Shown: piece after piece, positions 10,840 through 21,525 of the stretch
Layout: every line of letters starts with the position of its first letter
How positions within the stretch are numbered: position 1 is the first letter of the stretch
Made by a program: the position numbers and the translations under genes
The notes under the pieces: model-generated
Told to the model about the DNA's origin: nothing
Database searches by the model: none
The model's input: the letters and a program-made list of their open reading frames with translations, nothing else
Assembly (NCBI RefSeq): GCF_900545795.1
Contig: NZ_URAR01000003.1
Span: 2,490-66,489, forward strand
Length of the DNA stretch: 64,000 nt
DNA from: an uncultured Veillonella sp.
GTDB taxonomy: Bacteria > Bacillota > Negativicutes > Veillonellales > Veillonellaceae
Direction: 5' to 3'

Positions 10840-12388
10840 GTGGTGGGCCCGATTTCTTCGGCACTACACTCTTACCTGTCATTTCACTCGGTTGCTCAAT
10901 CCCACCTAAAGCCAGCATAGTCGGTGCTAAATCACATAGGCGACCTGGTGTTAATTCACAGTTTTCCTTAGTATATGCCTGACTAACTAAAATTAGTGGC
11001 ACTGGATTAGTTGTATGCGCCGTATGTGGAGCGCCGGTGCTATGGTCAATCATCATTTCAGAATTACCATGATCTGCTGTAATCAGCAAATGACCTTCTA
11101 CTTTCTCGATTGCTTCTACGATGCGACCTAAACAGGTATCCACTGTATGCACAGCTTTTTTTGCTGCTTCAAAATCACCTGTATGACCAACCATATCTGG
11201 ATTTGCAAAGTTTAACACAATCATATCAAAAGCTTTGCTTTCAATAGCTGCCACTACTTTATCAGTAACTTCAAAAGCGCTCATCTCAGGCTGCATATCA
11301 TAAGTAGCCACCTTAGGTGAAGGCACTAAAATGCGCTCTTCTCCTTCAAATGGCACCTCTTCACCACCATTAAAGAAATAGGTAACATGCGCATATTTCT
11401 CTGTTTCTGCAATGCGAAGCTGTGTATAGCCTCCTTCAGATAGTACTTGCCCTAATGTATTGGTAAGCACTTCTTTCTCATATACAATATGAACTGGCAA
11501 ACCATCTTCATATTTTGTCATAGTGGCAAAATATACTGGCACAACACCTTTCTTGCGTTGAAAGCCCGTAAACTCTGGATCCACTATGGCGCGAGTTAAT
11601 TGGCGAGCACGGTCTGGTCTAAAGTTTGCAAAAATTACGCCATCATTGGCTTCAATAGAACCTTCTTTTTGTAAGACCACTGGCACTACAAACTCATCTA
11701 CCACATCTTGTGCATATGATGCTTCTACTGCAGCTGTAGCGGATTCAGCAGTAGGACCTACACCATCTACAATAGCATTATAAGCCTTTTCTACACGCTC
11801 CCAACGCTTATCCCGATCCATACCATAGTAGCGACCACCTATCGTAGCAATACTACCTAAACCTAAGTCCTTCATAAAGGCCTCTAAATCTGCTACATAA
11901 GTTAATGCACTCTTTGGTGGCACATCACGGCCATCTAATAAAGCGTGTACATATACAGCTTTGATACCGGCTTCTTTAGCTCCTTTTAAAATCGCTTTTA
12001 TATGATCTAAGGAACTATGAACGCCACCATCTGATAAAAGGCCAATAATATGAAGACGACTTCCTTTAGCATGGGCATATAAATCTTTAATAACAGCTCT
12101 TTCAAAGAAAGTTCCTTCTTCGGTGTCTTTAGTAATTCGCGTTAATTCTTGATATACAATGCGTCCAGCACCAATATTTAAATGGCCCACTTCAGAGTTA
12201 CCCATTTGTCCATCCGGAAGGCCTACTGCAAGACCAGAAGCTTCTAATTGCGTATGAGGATGCGCCTCATAGAGCGCTTTAAAATTCTCCGGATGAGCCT
12301 GCACTACTGCATTAGTAGCATCTTGCAAGTCCCCTAAGCCAAAGCCATCTAAAATAGTTAACATAACTGGACTTTTTAATTTTGCCAT
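10835..12388 (-). CDS. gpmI: 2,3-bisphosphoglycerate-independent phosphoglycerate mutase
   Basis: 517 aa. iPGM motifs LDGFGLG and GNSEVGHLNIGAGR, plus the C-terminal metal-binding domain. Confidence 0.95.
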   Translation of the reverse strand: MAKLKSPVMLTILDGFGLGDLQDATNAVVQAHPENFKALYEAHPHTQLEASGLAVGLPDGQMGNSEVGHLNIGAGRIVYQELTRITKDTEEGTFFERAVIKDLYAHAKGSRLHIIGLLSDGGVHSSLDHIKAILKGAKEAGIKAVYVHALLDGRDVPPKSALTYVADLEAFMKDLGLGSIATIGGRYYGMDRDKRWERVEKAYNAIVDGVGPTAESATAAVEASYAQDVVDEFVVPVVLQKEGSIEANDGVIFANFRPDRARQLTRAIVDPEFTGFQRKKGVVPVYFATMTKYEDGLPVHIVYEKEVLTNTLGQVLSEGGYTQLRIAETEKYAHVTYFFNGGEEVPFEGEERILVPSPKVATYDMQPEMSAFEVTDKVVAAIESKAFDMIVLNFANPDMVGHTGDFEAAKKAVHTVDTCLGRIVEAIEKVEGHLLITADHGNSEMMIDHSTGAPHTAHTTNPVPLILVSQAYTKENCELTPGRLCDLAPTMLALGGIEQPSEMTGKSVVPKKSGPPR

Positions 12389-12516
12389 ATAGTCCCTTTC
12401 TTATCTCATGTTCTCTCACAGGAAGGGCATTACCACAATATTCTAAGCAATCGCCCCACCATAAATTTATTTTACTCATCAAATCTGTGTAATACTAAGT
12501 TAGACTATCCATTGTC

Positions 12517-12608
12517 TAAACTGAATAGCGACTACACTAGATACTAACTAGACTATATTCAGACTACACTAGGTACTACGTGAACTATATTCAAGCTAAA
12601 CTGAATAC
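12517..12608. repeat. nested direct repeats in the tpiA-gpmI spacer
   Basis: 12-bp CTAAACTGAATA at 12517 and 12597 flanks two copies of an approximately 35-42-bp unit gactacactag(a/g)tact...actatattca. Confidence 0.55.
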
Positions 12609-12693
12609 TGCCTTTCTGGAATACAATCTAAACTAAATAGCCGTTAAAGTAGATTTCACCTAATTAGTAATCTACACTCACAGCTAACATTAC

Positions 12694-13446
12694 TTAAGCC
12701 GTAATAATGGCCATAAAGTCTTCCACTTTTAGTGATGCACCGCCCACAAGAGCACCATCAATATCTGCTTGAGATAAAATTTCTTTCGCATTGCTGCCCT
12801 TCACGCTGCCACCATATTGGATGCGCACCGCTTCAGCTGCATCGGCACCAAATAAAGAAGCCACTTTTTTACGAATTGCTGTACATACCTCACCAGCTTG
12901 TTCAGCAGTAGCAGTTTTACCCGTTCCAATGGCCCAAATAGGCTCATAAGCAATGACCATTTGCCCTACTTGTTCAGCCGTAAGATCAACAAGACCTTGC
13001 TCCAACTGACTATCAATAAACGCCTGTGTTTCATTAGCTTCGCGTTGCTCTAAGCTTTCACCTACACAAAGAATTGGTACAATATCATTCGCAAAAGCTG
13101 CTTTTATTTTTTTATTGATTAGCTCGTCAGTATCACCGAAGTATTGACGGCGTTCAGAATGGCCTAAAATAACATAATGACAGCCTAGATCTGTCAACAT
13201 AGTTGGAGCCACTTCACCAGTAAAAGCACCACTTACTTCATAGTGCATATTTTGAGCGCCTACGCGAATCGTTGTTTCATCGGCTAAATCACATACTGTG
13301 CTAAGCCCAGTAAATGGGGGACATACTACAACCTCGCGTTCAGTCTTAGCTTCTGCTAGAGCCTTTTTTAAGCCTTCCACCAAAATTGTTGCCTCAGCTA
13401 AGTTTGTATGCATCTTCCAGTTGCCTGCAATAATTTGTTGTCTCAT
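12694..13446 (-). CDS. tpiA: triosephosphate isomerase
   Basis: 250 aa. IAGNWKMH N-terminus, catalytic-region sequence, and C-terminal YGGSV. Confidence 0.95.
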   Translation of the reverse strand: MRQQIIAGNWKMHTNLAEATILVEGLKKALAEAKTEREVVVCPPFTGLSTVCDLADETTIRVGAQNMHYEVSGAFTGEVAPTMLTDLGCHYVILGHSERRQYFGDTDELINKKIKAAFANDIVPILCVGESLEQREANETQAFIDSQLEQGLVDLTAEQVGQMVIAYEPIWAIGTGKTATAEQAGEVCTAIRKKVASLFGADAAEAVRIQYGGSVKGSNAKEILSQADIDGALVGGASLKVEDFMAIITA

Positions 13447-13454
13447 AATGCCTC

Positions 13455-14633
13455 CTATGCGTCTTGTAATGCCATAATGCCTGGCAAAGCCTTACCTTCT
13501 AAGTATTCAAGGGAAGCGCCACCACCAGTGGAAATATGGGAAATTTTATCTGCTAGACCACTCTTTTCAATAGCTGCTACCGAATCACCACCGCCTACAA
13601 TAGTAATGGCTTCCGCTTCAGCTACTGCTTTAGCCACCGCATTTGTACCAGCGGCAAAATTGTCCATTTCAAATACGCCCATTGGACCGTTCCATACAAT
13701 CATGCGCATAGAGTGTAAAGCTTCGGCAAAGGCTTTTTGACTGTCTGGGCCAATATCAAGAGCCATCCATCCCTCTTCAATGCCATCAGCGGGCACTACT
13801 TTATGATTGGCATCATTGCTAAATGCATCGGCCACTACAAAATCAGTAGGCAATAATAAATTAGTATGAGTTTCTTCTGCTTGTTTAATTAAAGACGCAG
13901 CGAGCTCAATTTTATCGCTTTCAACTAGCGAGGACCCTGTAGCATATCCTTTGGCTGCAATGAAAGTATTTGCCATACCACCGCCAATAATGAGAACTTC
14001 AACTTTTGGCAATAAATTTGAAATAACTTCAATTTTATCACTTACTTTGGCGCCCCCAATAATGGCTGCAAATGGATGCTCTGGATTAGCTACGGCACCG
14101 CCCACATATTTAATTTCCTTCTCCAATAAATAGCCTGCTACCATTGGTAAATATGTGGTAATCCCTTCCACAGAAGCATGAGCGCGATGAGATACGCCAA
14201 AGGCATCATTAATGCCAACGTCTGCTAAATTAGACAAGGCTTTAGCAAAGTCTGCACCATTCTTCTCTTCTTCTTTATGATAGCGAAGATTTTCTAATAA
14301 TAGCACATCCCCATCTTGTAGTTTTGCCACTGCCGCTTCTGCTTCAGGACCTACACAATCATTGGCAAACGCCACTTCCTTGCCAAGAAGTTCACTCAAG
14401 CGTTTAGCACAAGGAGCTAAAGTAAACTCAGGTTTACGTTCTCCCTTAGGTCGACCCAAATGAGAGGCTAAAATAACTTTGGCGCCTTTGCCAATTAAGT
14501 AATTAATCGTTGGCAACGTAGCGCGAATACGCGTATCATCAGTAATAACACCCTCTTTTAAAGGCACATTAAAATCTACGCGGACAAAGACTTTTTTATG
14601 AGCTACTTCAATTGCTTCTAATGTTTTCTTCAT
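13455..14633 (-). CDS. pgk: phosphoglycerate kinase
   Basis: PGK signatures VRVDFNVP and the GGGD..GGGAS region. Start set to ATG 14633 (MKKTL) with GGAGG 5 nt upstream. The GTG at 14645 used in the track would overlap the RBS. Confidence 0.9.
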   Translation of the reverse strand: MKKTLEAIEVAHKKVFVRVDFNVPLKEGVITDDTRIRATLPTINYLIGKGAKVILASHLGRPKGERKPEFTLAPCAKRLSELLGKEVAFANDCVGPEAEAAVAKLQDGDVLLLENLRYHKEEEKNGADFAKALSNLADVGINDAFGVSHRAHASVEGITTYLPMVAGYLLEKEIKYVGGAVANPEHPFAAIIGGAKVSDKIEVISNLLPKVEVLIIGGGMANTFIAAKGYATGSSLVESDKIELAASLIKQAEETHTNLLLPTDFVVADAFSNDANHKVVPADGIEEGWMALDIGPDSQKAFAEALHSMRMIVWNGPMGVFEMDNFAAGTNAVAKAVAEAEAITIVGGGDSVAAIEKSGLADKISHISTGGGASLEYLEGKALPGIMALQDA

Positions 14634-14835
14634 ATAATCCTCCACAGTACATGGCTTATATTATAAACTTCGTAAAGTAATTACACATTCCTTTGTATTC
14701 CAAGTCAGTTTTAGAATAGCTACGATTCTAGGACCGACGCCACATTCATAATGGCTTCCATTACACCTAGAATGTCTAGCATTATGTATAAAACTTCTAA
14801 TACCACTGCTATACTATGTAACTTAAAATAGCATG

Positions 14836-14863
14836 TGAAAAAAGGGGACTATTAAGTCCCCCG
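14836..14863 (-). terminator. intrinsic terminator or attenuator immediately 3' of gap (intra-operon)
   Basis: On the minus strand GGGGGACU-uaau-AGUCCCC followed by UUUUUU, beginning 6 nt after the gap stop. pgk follows about 220 bp downstream on the same strand. Confidence 0.6.
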
Positions 14864-14868
14864 TTTAA

Positions 14869-15876
14869 TTATAGGCCTTTTTCACCAATGAATTTAGCTA
14901 AGTCAACTACACGGTTAGAATAGCCCCATTCATTATCGTACCAGGAAACAACTTTTACCATATTGCCTTCCATTGTCATAGTTAAATCAGCATCCACAAT
15001 AGAGCTTCTTGAATCGCCATTGAAGTCATGGGAAACAAGTGGCAAATCAGACACGCCTAAAATGCCTTTTAATTCGCCTTGAGCTGCTTCGCGAAGTGCT
15101 GCATTGATTTCTTCTTTAGTTGTTTCTTTATCAAACTCTGCTACAAGGTCAGTGATAGAAACATTTGGAGTTGGCACGCGAAGAGCAAAGCCATTTAACT
15201 TACCTTTTAATTCAGGTAATACTAATGCTACTGCTTTTGCTGCACCAGTTGTTGTAGGAATGATAGAAAGAGCCGCTGCGCGAGCACGACGAAGATCTTT
15301 ATGTGGAGTATCTAAAATACGTTGGTCATTAGTATAGGAATGAACAGTTGTCATCAAGCCGCGTTTAATACCAAATTTATCATTAAGAACTTTAGCAAAA
15401 GGAGCTAAGCAGTTTGTTGTACAACTTGCATTGGAGATAATATGATGTTTTGCAGGATCATATTTATCTTGGTTTACGCCCATTACAATGGTAATGTCTT
15501 CATCTTTAGCAGGTGCAGAAATGATTACTTTTTTAACAGTACCACCTAAATGTTGTGCTGCTTCTTCGCCCTTGCGGAAACGACCAGTCGCTTCAACAAC
15601 GATATCTACATTTTCTTCAGACCAGTTAATATTTGATGGGTTTGGATCGTGGAATACGCGAACACGTTTGCCGTCAACGATTAAATAGTCGCCATCAACT
15701 GTAACTTCTTCTTTTAAATTACCGTGAACAGAGTCATGTTTAAAAAGAAGTGCAGACCCTTCAATGTCACCTAAGTCATTGATTGCTACTACTTCTACAT
15801 CAGGATTATTTAAAGTGGCGCGCATTACGCATTTACCGATTCGACCAAAACCATTAATACCAATTTTTACTGCCAT
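14869..15876 (-). CDS. gap: type I glyceraldehyde-3-phosphate dehydrogenase
   Basis: 335 aa. [15 protein letters not shown] and the active-site region [20 protein letters not shown]. Confidence 0.95.
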   Translation of the reverse strand: MAVKIGINGFGRIGKCVMRATLNNPDVEVVAINDLGDIEGSALLFKHDSVHGNLKEEVTVDGDYLIVDGKRVRVFHDPNPSNINWSEENVDIVVEATGRFRKGEEAAQHLGGTVKKVIISAPAKDEDITIVMGVNQDKYDPAKHHIISNASCTTNCLAPFAKVLNDKFGIKRGLMTTVHSYTNDQRILDTPHKDLRRARAAALSIIPTTTGAAKAVALVLPELKGKLNGFALRVPTPNVSITDLVAEFDKETTKEEINAALREAAQGELKGILGVSDLPLVSHDFNGDSRSSIVDADLTMTMEGNMVKVVSWYDNEWGYSNRVVDLAKFIGEKGL

Positions 15877-15980
15877 GATTCATTCCTCCTAAGATTAATA
15901 CCCAATATAAACTACTCTGTAATTTATAAATTTATACTTACTAAGCCACTATCCTCGAAAAATGACTTAGAAAATAACAA

Positions 15981-17006
15981 TTAGTTAAGATGCAGTAGCG
16001 CTGACATTGCTTCAGCAGCTCCTTCATCAATAATGAGCGTACCTTTACGGCAAGCTCTCATAACACCAATGATAGCCTTGGCTTTTTCAGCACCACCAGC
16101 AACAGCGATAACATGTGGAATATTAGGTACATTTGCAAGTGCAATACCCACATTATTAGTGGCGTACACAATATTACCAGCCACATCACAATAATAGCCT
16201 AATGCTTCGCCAACGGCACGTTTATTTTTCAAAACAGCTCGTTGTTGATCGCTAATATGACGCTGTGCCGCCATGTGCATAGCTTCACCGATACCGAAAA
16301 TAAGAACTTCAGTTTGCGTCGCTAATTCCATAACTTCTTTAATTTGAGGCTCCATATTCATCAATATATTGAGAGACTCTTGAGACAAGCCATCAGGCAA
16401 GTGAATCATGCGATACGAGCTATCTAGTTTCTCTGCAATGACCGAAGCAATTACATTCGCTTGATATTCTACGCGTTCGCCAATGCCACCACGAGCTGGA
16501 ATCACTGTGACATCACATTTTTTAGCTGGCAATGATTGGGCCATAACAGCCATAGTACTGCCACCACTAACGGCCAACACAGTATTAGGTTTTAAAACAC
16601 GCTGTAAAGTTTTAGCTGCTTTAAAGCCTAATTCCTTGCGATCTTTTGGCGTATCACTATCTGTTCCCGATATAATCACTTCATCAATTTGAAGGGCTTG
16701 TTTAATCTTAGTCTCTAATTCACTGATTTTATTAAGTTCATGCATCGACGAATTTAACTCTGGTAAAATGCGTTTGCCTTCCTCAGTTAATACCATACCT
16801 TGCTGAGTAAACGCAACTAAGCCATTATCCTTCATAATCTCCACATGCGACCGCACTACGCGCTCAGACAGCTTGCTTAGCGTTGCTAGCATTCTCCGGC
16901 CAATAGGCTGGGCATAGGATATGTGATTTAGAAGTAAATAGCGTTCCTCTACGATACGCATTAACTCTGGCGCTATTCGCTGATACACTTCTGATAAATC
17001 TTTCAC
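15981..17006 (-). CDS. cggR: central glycolytic genes regulator CggR (SorC family)
   Basis: 341 aa with an N-terminal wHTH and a SorC/DeoR sugar-phosphate-binding C-terminal domain. Position directly upstream of gap is the canonical Firmicutes cggR-gap operon. GTG start. Confidence 0.85.
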   Translation of the reverse strand: MKDLSEVYQRIAPELMRIVEERYLLLNHISYAQPIGRRMLATLSKLSERVVRSHVEIMKDNGLVAFTQQGMVLTEEGKRILPELNSSMHELNKISELETKIKQALQIDEVIISGTDSDTPKDRKELGFKAAKTLQRVLKPNTVLAVSGGSTMAVMAQSLPAKKCDVTVIPARGGIGERVEYQANVIASVIAEKLDSSYRMIHLPDGLSQESLNILMNMEPQIKEVMELATQTEVLIFGIGEAMHMAAQRHISDQQRAVLKNKRAVGEALGYYCDVAGNIVYATNNVGIALANVPNIPHVIAVAGGAEKAKAIIGVMRACRKGTLIIDEGAAEAMSALLHLN

Positions 17007-17009
17007 GTT

Positions 17010-17048
17010 GTACCTCTTTCATCCCACCGGAGCAAAAATCGTCCCACA
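17010..17048 (-). promoter_or_regulatory. putative CggR operator (tandem direct repeat TGGGAC-N7-GCTC / TGGGAT-N7-GTAC)
   Basis: The minus strand reads TGTGGGACGATTTTTGCTCCGGTGGGATGAAAGAGGTAC between the putative promoter and the GTG start. It resembles the B. subtilis CggR operator CGGGAC-N6-TGTC-N4-CGGGAC-N6-TGTC. Confidence 0.4.
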
Positions 17049-17074
17049 CAATACAAAAAAATATCCTCGCTTAT

Positions 17075-17104
17075 ATAATACCCCATATGGTGAGTAATGT
17101 GCAA
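17075..17104 (-). promoter_or_regulatory. putative sigma-70 promoter of the cggR-gap operon
   Basis: On the minus strand TTGCAC, 18-bp spacer, TATTAT, about 70 nt upstream of the cggR start. Confidence 0.35.
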
Positions 17105-17214
17105 GTCATTTTACTAAAAATTGACAGAAAAAGAGCTAAGCCTTTACGACTTAGCCCTTATATTGGTTAACCTATATTGTTTCGTCTTATTCCATCAGAT
17201 TATTTTGCAACAAT

Positions 17215-17335
17215 CCTCCGTTACGCAGTGCTCCTCAAGTTTTATTACGCAATATTCCGCAGGTTTTATTACGCAATAAGCCTCAGGTTTTATTGCGCCA
17301 TACTCCTCAGATTTTATTAAGCAATAATACCCATA
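17215..17335. repeat. tandem repeat array, approximately 24-bp period (GTTTTATTACGCAATA core)
   Basis: Four to five units cctcaagttttattacgcaatat / ccgcaggttttattacgcaataag / cctcaggttttattgcgccatac / tcctcagattttattaagcaataat. The last unit overlaps the stop codon of the M20 gene. Confidence 0.65.
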
Positions 17336-18429
17336 TTTTTAAGTACAGTTAGATAAATCTTAACACCATTTTCTAATGCAGTAGTATCAAAGCTCATATC
17401 TGGGTGATGTAAACCTGGTTTTAAATCACAACCTAAACCAAAGAAACCGGCTTTTAAATTGGGATAACGATTTGTATATACCCAGAAATCTTCCCCACCT
17501 GGTGTAATAACTTCTGGCACCATATTTTCTTCGCCCAATACTTCTGAGATAGCTTCTTTTAATAGATCAATACATTCTTCATTATGTTCTGCTGCTGTTA
17601 GCATTTTGCTATCATCATATTCTACAGTACAGCCATTAGCTTGACCTGCATTAGTTATAGCTGTAATTACTTTTTGATGAAGCTCTTTCATCGTTGGGTT
17701 TAGCTGTGCACGCAAGTCCCAAGTAACAAAGGCCTTCTCAGGAATACTATTTGTTACACCGCTATCAGCATGGAATTGAGTTGCTTTTACACTATAGGAC
17801 TCAGTAGGACGCAAATGAATTGTATTTACTGCATTAATCGCCAATACAGCTGCATCAAGAGCATTAACGCCTAAATGTGGGCGTGCTGCATGACTTGTAA
17901 CACCTGTAAAGGTAGCTTGAATTGTTGCCGAAGAAGCATAATAGATGGCGGCTACAGCTTGACCATTGCTGGCTTCTTCAATAGGACGCACATGAGCGCC
18001 AAATGCATAATCCACACCTTCTAATACACCTGCATCAGCAATTGCATGAGCGCCAGTGCCCAACTCTTCAGCTGGTTGGAATAAAAATTTTAATTTACCA
18101 TTAGCTACTGGATAGTATTTAATTACTTCTTCTGCTGTTGCTAAGACCATAGAAGAATGACTATCATGACCACAAGTATGGCGCAACACAGTCTCACCAT
18201 TAATATTGTGAGCTAAGCAGTCCATATCAGCGCGAAGCAATACAGTCGGACCTGGTTTTCCACTGTCCAAAGTAGCTACTACACCAGTAGTGCCACCTAC
18301 ACCAGTTTGAATATCTGTATAGCCAAACTCAGCTAGTTTATCGGCAATAAACTTAGATGTTTTTACCTCTTGAAAACCTAATTCTGGAATTGTGTGCAAA
18401 TGATTATAATAATCTAATACATGACTCAT
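17317..18429 (-). CDS. M20 family amidohydrolase (N-acyl-L-amino acid amidohydrolase / hippurate hydrolase-like)
   Basis: 370 aa. M20D metal-binding motifs (ADMDCL, HTCGHD, FLFQPAEE) and dimerisation domain. Confidence 0.75.
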   Translation of the reverse strand: MSHVLDYYNHLHTIPELGFQEVKTSKFIADKLAEFGYTDIQTGVGGTTGVVATLDSGKPGPTVLLRADMDCLAHNINGETVLRHTCGHDSHSSMVLATAEEVIKYYPVANGKLKFLFQPAEELGTGAHAIADAGVLEGVDYAFGAHVRPIEEASNGQAVAAIYYASSATIQATFTGVTSHAARPHLGVNALDAAVLAINAVNTIHLRPTESYSVKATQFHADSGVTNSIPEKAFVTWDLRAQLNPTMKELHQKVITAITNAGQANGCTVEYDDSKMLTAAEHNEECIDLLKEAISEVLGEENMVPEVITPGGEDFWVYTNRYPNLKAGFFGLGCDLKPGLHHPDMSFDTTALENGVKIYLTVLKNMGIIA

Positions 18430-18576
18430 AGTAATGCCTCCTTAATAATATCTCTTTTATCAGTTTTCTCTCACTTTCCCTGTTCCCACTATTTATTACA
18501 TATAAAACAAGCTAAACAATATTCTATATACTATATCGTTTATTTAATGTTTTATTAAATATTTTTTATGGAAGTA

Positions 18577-18606
18577 TTGAAAGTCTTTCTATGTATATAT
18601 TATAAT
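18577..18606 (+). promoter_or_regulatory. putative sigma-70 promoter for the yjiH-yjiG-like operon
   Basis: TTGAAA (18577-18582), 18-bp spacer, TATAAT (18601-18606). RBS GGAGGG before the ATG at 18654. Confidence 0.35.
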
Positions 18607-18653
18607 AAAAATATCTACTGTACAAGTACATATATATTCAAGGAGGGTAACAA

Positions 18654-19331
18654 ATGAACGACCAAGAAAGAACTCAAACAGATTGGAACCCCAAAACGAA
18701 GTGGACTGACTACATTGCCTTAGCAGTTGCTATCCTCTTCTTCTCTGGGGTTTTTATGAAGGTACAAGGCTATGAATGGCTCGGTGCTTTCGACTTCACT
18801 ACTTTAGGTGGTAAATTCGGCGTAATCGGTGGCGAAGGCAGTAAAGTTAACTTCCTCGGTGCTAAAGGTGAAGGGGCTCGCCAAGGTTTTATTTTTGCCC
18901 TATCTTTAATTCCGTCCATCATGTTAGCTCTAGGTGTACTGGAAGTACTCACTGAGTATGGTGCGATACGCGCAGCACATAAATTATTAACTCCGCTATT
19001 ATATCCTATTATGCGTGTACCTGGCCGTACCGGTCTTGCCTTAATTACTGACTTACAAAGTACAGACGCAGGCGCTGCACTCACTAAAGAATTATATGAT
19101 AATAAGCAAGTAACTATGAAGGAATTGATTATCATCACACAATGGCAATATAGTGGTGCTGGTATGATCTCTAACTACTTCTCCAATGGGGCCGCCTTAT
19201 TCGGTGTTCTTACATTGCCATTGTCGATTCCACTAGTACTTATTTTCGTTTTTAAATTCGTAGGCGCTGTGCTCTGCCGTCTAGCCTTAAATACTATTTA
19301 CAAGGGGGATTTCACCGATGAGCAACAATAA
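18654..19331 (+). CDS. nucleoside-recognition (Gate) domain membrane protein, YjiH-like
   Basis: 225-aa polytopic membrane protein that resembles E. coli YjiH / SpmA-type proteins by recall. Overlaps and is translationally coupled to the downstream YjiG-like gene. Confidence 0.55.
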   Translation: MNDQERTQTDWNPKTKWTDYIALAVAILFFSGVFMKVQGYEWLGAFDFTTLGGKFGVIGGEGSKVNFLGAKGEGARQGFIFALSLIPSIMLALGVLEVLTEYGAIRAAHKLLTPLLYPIMRVPGRTGLALITDLQSTDAGAALTKELYDNKQVTMKELIIITQWQYSGAGMISNYFSNGAALFGVLTLPLSIPLVLIFVFKFVGAVLCRLALNTIYKGDFTDEQQ

Positions 19332-19791
19332 AAAAAGCAAAAATCCTTTTGATATATTTATTGCAGGCGCGCGTAAAGGTTTTACAGTAGGTACAACTAA
19401 CTTGTTACCAAATGTATTGATGGCCTACACGCTTGCCTTAATCTTAAAACTGTTAGGCGTACTTGATTTTATCGGTGTTGTCTTCGGTCCTATTATGGGC
19501 GTTTTCGGCTTACCAGGTGAAGCTATTACAGTATTACTCACTTCCTGGTTATCATCTTCTGCCGGCGTTGGTATTGCCGTTGGTTTAATGAGCCATGGCA
19601 TCCTTGATGGCACAGGTGCTACAATTCTTATGCCAGCCATCTTCTTAATTGGTTCACAATTACAGTACATGGGCCGTCTTCTTGGGGTAGCTGATGTACC
19701 TGTAAAATATTGGCCACTACTCATCTTATTGAGCGTTGTCAATACTATCTTGGCCATGTTTGTAATGCGTTTCTTAACAGCAGCTATGTAA
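19318..19791 (+). CDS. nucleoside-recognition domain membrane protein, YjiG-like
   Basis: 157 aa. Resembles E. coli YjiG by recall: GARRGFT..TNLLPNV...GLPGEA..VLL pattern is shared. Confidence 0.65.
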   Translation: MSNNKKSKNPFDIFIAGARKGFTVGTTNLLPNVLMAYTLALILKLLGVLDFIGVVFGPIMGVFGLPGEAITVLLTSWLSSSAGVGIAVGLMSHGILDGTGATILMPAIFLIGSQLQYMGRLLGVADVPVKYWPLLILLSVVNTILAMFVMRFLTAAM

Positions 19792-19949
19792 GAATTTCAG
19801 TGGGTATATAAAAATTATATTAGCTCTGTAAAAATTACAACTATTTTTTTAGAAGTGCTTGTATATTCCAAAGAGATATTCATTGCAAACATAATCATTA
19901 ATATATTTAGTATATGAATAAGTACAGTATCATTTTTAAACTTAAGTAA

Positions 19950-19990
19950 TAAAAAGAGCCGAGCAATTGCTCGGCTCTTTATTTATTTTG
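19950..19990. terminator. bidirectional terminator (perfect palindrome)
   Basis: AGAGCCGAGCAATTGCTCGGCTCT (19955-19978), a 24-bp perfect palindrome flanked by AAAAA and TTTATTTATTTT, between convergent genes. Confidence 0.75.
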
Positions 19991-20107
19991 TTTACTATTA
20001 CTTATGTATTCTTAGGTACTCTATAAGTAACAATCTATTATAGGCTTTACTTGCTATCAATATGCTTAAATCTGTACATTATAAAATGATAGCACTTAAT
20101 CCCTTAA

Positions 20108-20386
20108 TTAGTCGCGGTCTACATCCCACTCAGTGATTTCACCAGTAAGAGCATCGATTTCGAATTCATACTCTACACCGTCAAAGAAGATTTTACCTTC
20201 ATATACTTTACGACCATTTTCATAGTCAGGATGTACTTTGTATAAATGAGATGCGTTAGCACCTGGTACTTTTGCTAATGCTACAGCTGTTGCTTGATCT
20301 ACTGTGATTTCAGTATTAGCCTGAGCAAAAGAAAATACGCCGGCCGCTACAAAGGATAATGCTAATGCTTTCATAGTCTTGTTCAT
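20108..20386 (-). CDS. PepSY domain-containing secreted protein
   Basis: Start reassigned to ATG 20386 (MNKTMKALALSFVAAGVFSFAQA signal peptide; RBS GAGGT). C-terminal PepSY fold pattern (A..IALAKVPGA...E.E.D.G...YE.). Confidence 0.6.
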   Translation of the reverse strand: MNKTMKALALSFVAAGVFSFAQANTEITVDQATAVALAKVPGANASHLYKVHPDYENGRKVYEGKIFFDGVEYEFEIDALTGEITEWDVDRD

Positions 20387-20517
20387 AATTAACCTCGCTT
20401 TTAATACTAATACATTTGTCGCCACTGCTTGCCTTCTTAAAGTAATAAAGCTGTATCGCAATATGTTAAGAAGCCCCCAAAGAAAACCTTCAGCCATGGC
20501 AACAATTTACAATAATT

Positions 20518-20549
20518 ATCGATATATCTATTTTATTAGATATATCGAT
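20518..20549. promoter_or_regulatory. perfect 13-6-13 inverted repeat (candidate operator) upstream of the PepSY gene
   Basis: ATCGATATATCTA-ttttat-TAGATATATCGAT, about 130 bp upstream of the PepSY start. Confidence 0.35.
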
Positions 20550-20605
20550 GATTGTCTATTGATTTTTTTTCATTATAATTATGCACAAAGGGAAAGTATA
20601 TATTT

Positions 20606-20735
20606 CCTTACACTTTATATCCCTCATTATCTTAGGCTTTATATTCCCCATTACCTTAACTTTACATTGCCCATTACTTTAGCTTTACATTAACCCACTA
20701 CTTTAGGATATCTCCCATCACCTTAGCCTTTTTAG
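20606..20735. repeat. tandem repeat array, approximately 23-24-bp period (CCATTAC-TTAG-CTTTACATT units)
   Basis: Units ctcattatcttaggctttatattcc / ccattaccttaactttacattgc / ccattactttagctttacattaac / ccactactttaggatatctccc / atcaccttagcctttttag. Confidence 0.65.
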
Positions 20736-20886
20736 TGCTTCCACAGAATTATAAAGCAATATAAACTCCCCCTATAAAAGCAAAGAGCTGTAACACACTA
20801 GATTCACTACTGTATTACAGCTCTTTTATAAGAAACTATATAAACCGCCCTATGGTTTACATATATATACTTTTATTTTTATTCTA

Positions 20887-21525
<639 letters not shown>

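Noticed and set aside
20379-20693. 104-aa plus-strand ORF across the PepSY upstream region
   Set aside because: It is a translation of the AT-rich repeat array plus the inverted repeat. No RBS, and the repetitive low-complexity product is an artefact of the tandem repeats.
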